DNA of 33,821 nt from positions 1 through 33,821 of IMG/VR virus record IMGVR_UViG_3300028829_005164; one strand, given 5' to 3'. A model generated the notes under the pieces. The model did not search any database. It saw only the letters and a list, made by a program, of their open reading frames with translations, and was not told where the DNA came from. This DNA is from a virus. Taxonomy: Duplodnaviria; Caudoviricetes. The position numbers were made by a program, and so were the translations under genes. Positions 1-6,706 of the stretch are shown here, one piece after another; position 1 is the stretch's first letter; each line of letters opens with the position of its first letter.

Positions 1-4
1 TAGA

Positions 5-256
5 GTGTTTGATGCTCTTTGGCATTCTGGCACATATGCACCAGTCAATATAAATGGTGAGTCAAAAATTGGTAACGATGCAAGAGACGTATGGTTAGAC
101 AATGTTCATTTAATGCCAGAGGGAAGTTTAGTTAAAGCAAGACTTCAAGAAGAACAAATACAACAAACAGTAACAATTAGAGAAAACAATGATGATCTGG
201 AGAAATTTTTATTTATGGCTATGGCTATGTATATCGGTCTCCCTATCTTATTCTAG
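5..256 (+). CDS. Hypothetical protein with C-terminal hydrophobic segment, probably 5'-truncated by the window edge
   Basis: Open frame at window start ending in FLFMAMAMYIGLPILF; overlaps the next gene. Confidence 0.55.
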   Translation: MFDALWHSGTYAPVNINGESKIGNDARDVWLDNVHLMPEGSLVKARLQEEQIQQTVTIRENNDDLEKFLFMAMAMYIGLPILF

Positions 257-1343
257 CAAAGCTGTTGATTGTTCTGCCGATACAATCGGTTTATGTACGC
301 CAACAATAGAAGAAATAATTGATGAAGTTATTACGGAAACTATTGAGTTTGAAAATGGTGGTATAACAACAACAACTGTAACGGAAACAACAACAACTAC
401 AACGACTGTAACGAATGAAAGTTCTGCTAATATTTTAGACAGCAACAATGGTTACGTCTCTCCTAGCAAAGATTCTAATATGAATTATGATTGGGGTGGG
501 GAAGGATCTGCATCTATGCGATCTGGCTCTTATTGTAATCAATTAGGTACTGATACTTGTGCAGAAATAACAGATGCACGCAGTAGAGAGTCAGCAATGG
601 GAGTTCCAAACATGGGAACAACCTTTATACAAACAGTCGATATTTCAGAGTTAAATATTAAATATGGTGGAGAAGCTAAATACTCTATTCATGTTGATAA
701 ACAAGACGCTCAAGACTCGGTGTATATGCATATTACAGGTCGTGATGGAAATACCGAAGTTTTTTCTGGCACAGATGTTTTAAGTGCAAGTGGCACAAGT
801 AGTGGTTTTCAGATTTATGAAAACAGTTTTGATTTTGGTGGTAACTTAACAACAATAATTGTTGAAGTAGGCGGTAGAGATATTGGGGTATCAGTCGGAG
901 TTTTATTTGACGATGTATCTATTGATGTATTGTATAATGTGATTAGCACAATAGTAACACAGTCAATCACCTCTGTTGAAATGTTTATTGCGTTAAATAT
1001 TGATGCACCAGAAGATATTATTGATGTTGTTGAAGATGTTTTTGAGTCTAATGATGTTGTAGACACAAATGATGGTTTTGTTTTAGAGCCAATTGGAACA
1101 GAAGAGCCAACATATGAAACTGTAGAATTAGAAATAGAAGAAATAGAAATAGCAGAGATTGAGATTGCCGAACTAGAAATAGAAGCAGAGATCGAAACAG
1201 AAATAGAAATTAATGAGGTTGAAGAAACAGTTGATGAAATAGAAACTGTTGAAGAGCCTGTTGAAGAAGTAGAAGAGGTAGTGGAAGCTCCTGTTGAGGA
1301 AACAACAGAGGATGTAGAAGAGGTTGCAGAATGCAGGTTTTAG
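189..1343 (+). CDS. Large secreted/surface acidic protein (signal peptide, Thr-rich linker, Glu-rich tail); probably frameshifted before its C-terminal domain
   Basis: Signal-like N-terminus (FYLWLWLCISVSLSYSSKA), TTTTVTETTTTTTTVT run, E/I/V-rich low-complexity tail that stops abruptly at AECRF. Confidence 0.7.
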   Translation: MMIWRNFYLWLWLCISVSLSYSSKAVDCSADTIGLCTPTIEEIIDEVITETIEFENGGITTTTVTETTTTTTTVTNESSANILDSNNGYVSPSKDSNMNYDWGGEGSASMRSGSYCNQLGTDTCAEITDARSRESAMGVPNMGTTFIQTVDISELNIKYGGEAKYSIHVDKQDAQDSVYMHITGRDGNTEVFSGTDVLSASGTSSGFQIYENSFDFGGNLTTIIVEVGGRDIGVSVGVLFDDVSIDVLYNVISTIVTQSITSVEMFIALNIDAPEDIIDVVEDVFESNDVVDTNDGFVLEPIGTEEPTYETVELEIEEIEIAEIEIAELEIEAEIETEIEINEVEETVDEIETVEEPVEEVEEVVEAPVEETTEDVEEVAECRF

Positions 1344-1528
1344 GTAACACGAAAAATTTCTTTGACGGACAAAAACAATTAAATGAACGACAGGGTTTTT
1401 TCTCCAACGCCACTTTGCCTAGCGATGAATTGATGGAGAATAACATTGCAAGTTATTTTTTATTTGCAGGAAGCGAAGGATTGATGAACGACATGATAGA
1501 TAGCCAATGGCAGACGGATTTGGATTAG
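1331..1528 (+). pseudogene. Probable out-of-frame C-terminal part of the 189..1343 protein
   Basis: Begins inside the stop region of the upstream ORF in another frame; MQVLGNTK...SQW resembles, from memory, the C-terminus of full-length marine phage homologues. Confidence 0.5.
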
Positions 1529-1530
1529 CA

Positions 1531-2013
1531 ATGGCAGAATTAGAATTTGCAGGTGCTAAGTTTCGTGGTGGAAAAATATTTGTTATTCTCACAGCCTTAA
1601 CTACTCTTGGTGGTGGTCTATGGGGTGGCTTTGAATTTTACAAAGATTACCTAGACATGAAAGATCAAATACAAAACTACACAGCACCAGACCTTAGTGG
1701 TTTTGATAAACGATTAGATTTAATTCAACAAGAAACAGAAATGATTACGCAAGAAATGAGTATGATTATTCAAGAAGTACAGCTTGTTTCTGATGTAGCT
1801 AACGAATTAAAAAATGATCTTAGACAAGATGTAAGACGCATTGAAAAAATTGTTAATGATGTAGAGCAACAAGTTAAAGAAGATAGCAGAGACAATGCAA
1901 AAGATTTGAAAGAAGCAATTGATGAAATTAAAGACGATATGCAATCGTTAGAAGAGAAAACAGATAAGAATATTAAAAGAGCATTAGATAATCCTTTATC
2001 TAAAATGAAATGA
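1531..2013 (+). CDS. Membrane-anchored coiled-coil protein
   Basis: N-terminal TM (IFVILTALTTLGGGLWGGF) then heptad-rich region; ATG 1531 preferred to 1507. Confidence 0.75.
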   Translation: MAELEFAGAKFRGGKIFVILTALTTLGGGLWGGFEFYKDYLDMKDQIQNYTAPDLSGFDKRLDLIQQETEMITQEMSMIIQEVQLVSDVANELKNDLRQDVRRIEKIVNDVEQQVKEDSRDNAKDLKEAIDEIKDDMQSLEEKTDKNIKRALDNPLSKMK

Positions 2014-2020
2014 GGTAGAA

Positions 2021-2230
2021 ATGGCTAAGATTAACCCAAGTACAAATAAAGATATGATTAATAAATTAGATAAAGAGATCGCATTAATAAAAAAAGATAT
2101 ATCGGTCATTAAAGAAAATCATCTTTATCACATAGAAAAATCTATGAAAAATATTCAAATGATTATTTGGAGTGTTGGCTTCGCTGTATTTACTAATTTA
2201 ATTTTATTAATAAGAAATTTATTGATTTGA
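2021..2230 (+). CDS. Small coiled-coil plus C-terminal TM protein (holin/XhlA-like architecture)
   Basis: GAGGT SD; coiled coil then IQMIIWSVGFAVFTNLILLI; upstream of endolysin. Confidence 0.65.
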   Translation: MAKINPSTNKDMINKLDKEIALIKKDISVIKENHLYHIEKSMKNIQMIIWSVGFAVFTNLILLIRNLLI

Positions 2231-2520
2231 ATAAAAAGCACCAGAAGGGATCTGCTTCTGAATTTGGTGCAATGCAATACTTAACCGAAAAAGGTTATTA
2301 TATATTTATGCGAGGTAGTGTTACCTCACCCATAGATATTATTGCCATTGATCCTCTCACAGCAGAAATTATTTTAATAGATGTTAAGACTGTTTCCTTG
2401 CGATTAACAGGGAGACAAAAAGGTCAACGCATTAATAGAAAACTTAATGCAGAACAAAAAAAACTAGGCGTAAAAATATTATATCATTATGGCAATAACA
2501 AATTTAGATTTCATCGATAG
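2227..2520 (+). CDS. Small PD-(D/E)xK nuclease (Hjc-type resolvase or I-Ssp6803I-like endonuclease fold)
   Basis: KG..SE helix, PID and DVK motifs; TTGA start/stop overlap with the upstream gene. Confidence 0.7.
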   Translation: MNKKHQKGSASEFGAMQYLTEKGYYIFMRGSVTSPIDIIAIDPLTAEIILIDVKTVSLRLTGRQKGQRINRKLNAEQKKLGVKILYHYGNNKFRFHR

Positions 2521-2947
2521 ATTAAAAAAAAGAATAATGAATCACGAAGGGTTTCGACTTAAACCTTATCATTTAAGTTATGGTAATGTAACAGAGTCTT
2601 TTGCCACAGGTGGCTATGGACATCGCATTTTACCAGACGAAGAAATTCCAACAACAGAGGAAGGTTGGAGAAAAGTATTTGATGCAGACTTTAATATTGC
2701 ATTCGAGGGTGCAACTCGAATATGCCAAGATATGAATTTGCCAGATGAAAAGTTTGGTATATTTGTTGAACTAGCATATCAAATTGGAGTCAATGGACTA
2801 TCAAAGTTCCGTAAGACTTTGCAACACGCAAAAGATCAAAATTGGGATTTATGTGCAAACGAGCTTTTAGACTCTAAGCTTCATAAACAAACTCCGCATC
2901 GATTAGAACATCTAGCGGATGTTATGAGAGGAAAAAACAATGAGTAA
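2489..2947 (+). CDS. Endolysin, GH24/T4-lysozyme-like
   Basis: HEGFRLKPY...TGGYGH catalytic region, ELAYQIGVNGLSKF and ELLDS..KQTPHR motifs. Confidence 0.85.
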   Translation: MAITNLDFIDRLKKRIMNHEGFRLKPYHLSYGNVTESFATGGYGHRILPDEEIPTTEEGWRKVFDADFNIAFEGATRICQDMNLPDEKFGIFVELAYQIGVNGLSKFRKTLQHAKDQNWDLCANELLDSKLHKQTPHRLEHLADVMRGKNNE

Positions 2948-3050
2948 AATTATAGAATTTTGGAGTGGCTTAAAAAGAACAGTTAAAATATTTTTATCTG
3001 GTGTAGCCATTATTTTAATTTTTGTATTAGTTAATAATTTAATTAGCTAA
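2940..3050 (+). CDS. 36-aa single-TM microprotein, not in ORF track
   Basis: MSKIIEFWSGLKRTVKIFLSGVAIILIFVLVNNLIS*; GAGG SD; overlaps endolysin stop. Confidence 0.65.
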   Translation: MSKIIEFWSGLKRTVKIFLSGVAIILIFVLVNNLIS

Positions 3051-3127
3051 GATAATCGCTTTTTCTACAAGGGATTGATTTAATTAAAATTAACCCTTAT
3101 TAGTTAATAGTTCTTTTATAAGAATAG

Positions 3128-3152
3128 CAGGGGGATACTCCCCCCTGTTTTA
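3128..3152. terminator. Intrinsic terminator between convergent genes
   Basis: CAGGGGG(3128-3134)/CCCCCTG(3141-3147) stem followed by TTTT on + strand. Confidence 0.7.
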
Positions 3153-4595
3153 TTTATTGCAGTACAACTTAGCACCTATTTTACAAAGTCCGTCATAATA
3201 CTTTTGGCTTAAATGATCGCCAGAGTAATAATGACCAAACTCGTGAATAAGTAATTCTATGATTGCTAATTTATTTGTTTTTATATCAAACCATTTTTTA
3301 CCTAATGTTTTGTAATAAAAATCTAAATCTGCACCAGAGTTACCTGCGGTATAAGTTGCTAAGAAAGAAGTACCACCTAAACCTTTACAGTCAAAGATCT
3401 GAACATTTAGATTTTGATTGAAAAGTTTTATGTGCAATCTTTTTGCTAAAGAAATAACTTCTTTCATTTCTTTCGTGATTTTAGATTTATCTAAAATTGG
3501 AGCAGGAATATTACCTTCCATATTTGGAGATGCATATTTGCCTATAGATCCAGATGGTCTAGCAAAATCTTCAAATTCATCACGAGTTTTTTTAATGTTG
3601 TTCCAAGTAGCACTATTAAAAGATCCGCCTGTGATAACATTTATATCATCTGCGAATGCTTTTTTATTAGCTTCTAAATCATTAACATCAAAAACAACTG
3701 CATCATCACCATATCGATTGTCGATTACAACCTTTACTGCTTCTGGTTTCGCTTCTTCCAAAGCTTCTGAAACCCAAGATGCCTTTGACTCTTCTTCATC
3801 CAGTTCACTTGCTGTATGATTAAGAACATATGTTTTTAGTTTTTTGAGATAGCTTGGACTAACATTATCTCTATCTTTATTTAATGGTATCTTTTGATTA
3901 ACATTAATTGAAAAACCTATATCTGTTTCAACAACAGGTATTCCAAGTTCATAGATGTAATTAGTATCTAATGAAAACAATTCGATTTTAGTTTTTCTTT
4001 TTGTTCGCACTAGATTTCCATTTTCATCAACAGTAATACTTGGCAGTTCTTCGATAAAAGATTTAAGAGCTGTTGGTCTATTAATATCTTGATGAGACAT
4101 AATAAACTTAACACCTTTTGGTGGAATAATATTTTTACCTTGATGAACTAACTCTAACATTTCTGTTTGAGTCATTTTTATCGTACCAGAAAACATCGTA
4201 CCAACAGGAATTTTTGTTCCTGTCTTAGTTCGAGTTCCGTCTGGTTTAAATATTACCCTACCTTTAGTTGAGGTGATGGAAGCAGACTTAAACATAGAGA
4301 GAGCAAATTTTTCTCCTATGTTAAATCTTCCTCTTTGTTCAAAGTTACCTTTTTTATAACTGCTAGCAAATAAAGTATAAGAGTCATTAAGATCCTTAAA
4401 ACCTTCTTTGCTATCATCATAAACATCTATCTCAATATAGTTAGGTTGCTTTGGACTTTTTCTTACAGTCACCTCGCACTTTGTAATCTGTTCATCGAAT
4501 GAATTAGATACAAGTTCTTTAATGATAAAGAATTTATTTTTTTCGTTTTGAATTTTTTGTAATCCTGCCTTATCGACAGCAAACCAATTATTCAT
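3150..4595 (-). CDS. GHKL (Hsp90/MutL/MORC-type) ATPase fused to a C-terminal HExxH zinc metallopeptidase-like domain, 481 aa
   Basis: Bergerat-fold motifs IKELVSNSFD, VYDDSKEGF, RGRFNIGEK; C-terminal IHEFGHYYSGDH; AAGGAG SD before ATG 4595 rather than 4649. Confidence 0.8.
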   Translation of the reverse strand: MNNWFAVDKAGLQKIQNEKNKFFIIKELVSNSFDEQITKCEVTVRKSPKQPNYIEIDVYDDSKEGFKDLNDSYTLFASSYKKGNFEQRGRFNIGEKFALSMFKSASITSTKGRVIFKPDGTRTKTGTKIPVGTMFSGTIKMTQTEMLELVHQGKNIIPPKGVKFIMSHQDINRPTALKSFIEELPSITVDENGNLVRTKRKTKIELFSLDTNYIYELGIPVVETDIGFSINVNQKIPLNKDRDNVSPSYLKKLKTYVLNHTASELDEEESKASWVSEALEEAKPEAVKVVIDNRYGDDAVVFDVNDLEANKKAFADDINVITGGSFNSATWNNIKKTRDEFEDFARPSGSIGKYASPNMEGNIPAPILDKSKITKEMKEVISLAKRLHIKLFNQNLNVQIFDCKGLGGTSFLATYTAGNSGADLDFYYKTLGKKWFDIKTNKLAIIELLIHEFGHYYSGDHLSQKYYDGLCKIGAKLYCNK

Positions 4596-4927
4596 AAGTT
4601 TCTCCTTCCGAGAATAATCCCTTGTAGAGAAAACGATTATCATATTCACTTTTTAAAGAGCAGTATCTACTTATGACTTATGAAGTCATTTTTAATACAA
4701 AACCATTTTAACATTTTTTGAAAAAAATTTCTTACGACCAAAATTTTTGGGAATCAAAATCTGCGAAATATTTTTTTTTATCGCAGAATAATATGCGACA
4801 TCATTGCAAAAAAAGATGAAATTAGTTTTTTTTGTGTTTGTTTTTGTTGCTCGCAACACCGCAGTTTACTTAGGGTGATTTTTTTTGTCCACAGGATTTT
4901 CTGCGAAAAATTGAAAGGTAAAATTTT

Positions 4928-5326
4928 ATGATAACAAAACTTTTAGGACTTGGTGGAGGGATAAAAGAGCCTGTTGAAGCTGTTGGATCTGTCCTCGACT
5001 CTTTGTTTACAAGTAAAGAAGAAGAATTAAATTTAGAGATTGTAAAAGAGAGATTGGCTCAAAAGCCTGCAATGATCCAAGCAGAAATAAGTAAGGTACA
5101 GGCGTCTCATAGATCAATGTTTGTTGCAGGTGCTAGACCATTTTTGCTTTGGGTATGTGGTCTTGGTTTTGCTTACTCTTTTTTGATAGCACCCACACTA
5201 GAATTTTTCTTACCAGACACAGACAAAATTAATATTCCAACTGACATCATGCTAGAACTTACCCTTGCAATGCTCGGTTTGTCCAGTCTCCGCACAGTAG
5301 AAAAGCTAGCTAATAAAAGTAAATGA
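4928..5326 (+). CDS. Holin, GTA-type 3-TM family
   Basis: FVAGARPFLLWVCG and LAMLGLSSLRTVEK motifs; AAAGGT SD. Confidence 0.8.
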   Translation: MITKLLGLGGGIKEPVEAVGSVLDSLFTSKEEELNLEIVKERLAQKPAMIQAEISKVQASHRSMFVAGARPFLLWVCGLGFAYSFLIAPTLEFFLPDTDKINIPTDIMLELTLAMLGLSSLRTVEKLANKSK

Positions 5327-5610
5327 GAAAAGAACATAAAAGTAAGACTGGCGGACTAACTAAAGCAGGCAGAGATTACTTTAAAAAGAAAGAAGGTTTA
5401 AATCTTAAACCGCCTGTTAAGTCTGGTGACAATCCAAGACGAGCAAGTTTCCTAGCAAGAATGGGAAACATGAGTGGTGCAGAATACAAAAACGGAAAAC
5501 CAACACGCCTATTATTATCACTTAGAAAATGGGGAGCAAGTTCAAAAGCAGATGCCAGAAAAAAATCAAAGGCTATCTCCAAGCGAAATAAAAAGAAAAC
5601 AACGAGCTGA
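5323..5610 (+). CDS. Basic phage protein, DUF6321-like
   Basis: GGLTKAGR..., RRASFLARM, LSLRKWG motifs; ATGA overlap with holin stop. Confidence 0.75.
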   Translation: MRKEHKSKTGGLTKAGRDYFKKKEGLNLKPPVKSGDNPRRASFLARMGNMSGAEYKNGKPTRLLLSLRKWGASSKADARKKSKAISKRNKKKTTS

Positions 5611-5812
5611 CAAGTATTTTGATTTGTTTGGAATAGAAAAACCAAAAGATCTTTCACCTCCACAGCAACTTATGGCTATTAAAAAGAAGAAGAGAATGTG
5701 CAAGGATTGTGATCCTGTTGATCTTATTCTTTGTATTAATGGTGATTGGATGTGTTGGGGATGTAAGCACAATACAATGAATTTAAAAAAGCAAGAGGAT
5801 GATTGGATATGA
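5552..5812 (+). CDS. Small Cys-rich (CxxC...CxxC) putative Zn-binding protein
   Basis: CKDC and CWGC pairs; start uncertain (ATG 5552 versus GTG 5474); ATGA coupling to next gene. Confidence 0.55.
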   Translation: MPEKNQRLSPSEIKRKQRADKYFDLFGIEKPKDLSPPQQLMAIKKKKRMCKDCDPVDLILCINGDWMCWGCKHNTMNLKKQEDDWI

Positions 5813-5976
5813 GTAAACCTGTTTGGGAGAAACCTAGACCAAAGAAGCTAGGTAAAAAAAAGAAACTAAAAGGTAAAAAAGGATACAGTTCTGCAAAGAA
5901 ATCGGCAGACAAAAAGTTTGGCAAGAAAACAAGTCTTGTTAAGAATATGTATATATCAAAGAAAATGAAAGGATAA
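5809..5976 (+). CDS. 55-aa lysine-rich microprotein, not in ORF track
   Basis: MSKPVWEKPRPKKLGKKKKLKGKKGYSSAKKSADKKFGKKTSLVKNMYISKKMKG*; coupled to upstream stop. Confidence 0.7.
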   Translation: MSKPVWEKPRPKKLGKKKKLKGKKGYSSAKKSADKKFGKKTSLVKNMYISKKMKG

Positions 5977-5978
5977 TT

Positions 5979-6080
5979 ATGCCATCAGGAATGGGAACTT
6001 ACGGATCAAAAAAAGGCAGACCACCAAAGAAGAAAAAAGAAGATCCGAAGAAAAAGAAGAAGTCTAAAAAGAAGAAATAA
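5979..6080 (+). CDS. 33-aa lysine-rich microprotein with AT-hook-like motif, not in ORF track
   Basis: MPSGMGTYGSKKGRPPKKKKEDPKKKKKSKKKK*; AAAGGA SD; TAATG overlap with next gene. Confidence 0.7.
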   Translation: MPSGMGTYGSKKGRPPKKKKEDPKKKKKSKKKK

Positions 6081-6292
6081 TGTTTAAAATGATTGCTGTT
6101 TTATGCTTCTTGCACATCAATCCTACACAACATTTTTGCCTAGCCAACGCAGATGTACGAGGAGTTTATGATAGTTTTGAGGAGTGTAATACAGCAATTG
6201 ATAAGTTAGTTTTAGCTATAGACCAACCTATGAAACAACGTCTCGTAGCAATACAATTCTCCTGCATTGAAAATACTTTAATTAATTTATAA
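6080..6292 (+). CDS. Small Cys-containing hypothetical protein
   Basis: Coupled ORF; four spaced cysteines, hydrophobic N-terminus. Confidence 0.65.
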   Translation: MFKMIAVLCFLHINPTQHFCLANADVRGVYDSFEECNTAIDKLVLAIDQPMKQRLVAIQFSCIENTLINL

Positions 6293-6319
6293 TTTCATAT
6301 AGTAGCTTTCCTGTATTAA

Positions 6320-6409
6320 GGAGAGTTGGCAGAGCGGTTGAATGCACCAGTCTTGAAAACTGGCATAGATGCAAGTCTATCGAGAGTTCGAATCTCTCAC
6401 TCTCCGCCA
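6320..6409 (+). tRNA. trnS: tRNA-Ser(UGA), 90 nt, encoded CCA
   Basis: Acceptor GGAGAGT/ACTCTCC, anticodon stem CCAGT/ACTGG with loop CTTGAAA, long variable arm ATAGAT-GCAA-GTCTAT, T arm GAGAG-TTCGAAT-CTCTC, G discriminator, CCA. Confidence 0.97.
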
Positions 6410-6436
6410 TCAAAAAAAAATTTTCCAAAAAAATAT

Positions 6437-6638
6437 TTCACACGACAATCGCTGAATTTACACGACACTTACACGACAGGGTTGTTTTTATTGGTATTCA
6501 AGGGATAAAATCGGTTTTCAAGACCGATTTCCACATAGTGTGGAAAACAAAAAATCAAGGAATACCGCCAAAAACATGGTTTCTACATAGTAACTAAAAG
6601 CAATAAATATGCAATTTTTACACGACATTTACACGACA
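6437..6638. other. attP: attP-like site: 8-7-8 core plus five arm-type repeats
   Basis: Core AAATCGGT-TTTCAAG-ACCGATTT (6508-6530); spacer reverse complement CTTGAAA equals the tRNA-Ser(UGA) anticodon loop; YTYACACGACA direct repeats at 6437, 6457, 6468, 6617, 6628; just upstream of integrase. Confidence 0.85.
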
Positions 6639-6706
6639 AACTGATATAAATTCCGTCATAATACTTGGAATAAAAATTAATTTATTTCGTTTTCTTAGGA
6701 GTATAT

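Noticed and set aside
248-1446. Antisense ORFs 248..448, 815..1066, 1210..1446 and similar shadow ORFs over terL, portal, capsid and fibre genes
   Set aside because: Opposite-strand or alternate-frame shadows of well-supported genes, no motifs
4596-4649. N-terminal extension of the GHKL gene
   Set aside because: AAGGAG SD precedes ATG 4595; no comparable SD at 4649
6267-6293. TTGAAA...TATAAT promoter for the tRNA
   Set aside because: 15-bp spacer in very AT-rich DNA; too weak to call
6326-6508. 60-aa ORF MAERLNAPVLKTG...
   Set aside because: It is the translation of the tRNA-Ser gene and attP repeats
6437-6638. ACACGACA repeats as a mini-CRISPR or iterons
   Set aside because: Only 11 bp, abutting pairs without spacers; position around a recombinase core fits arm-type sites
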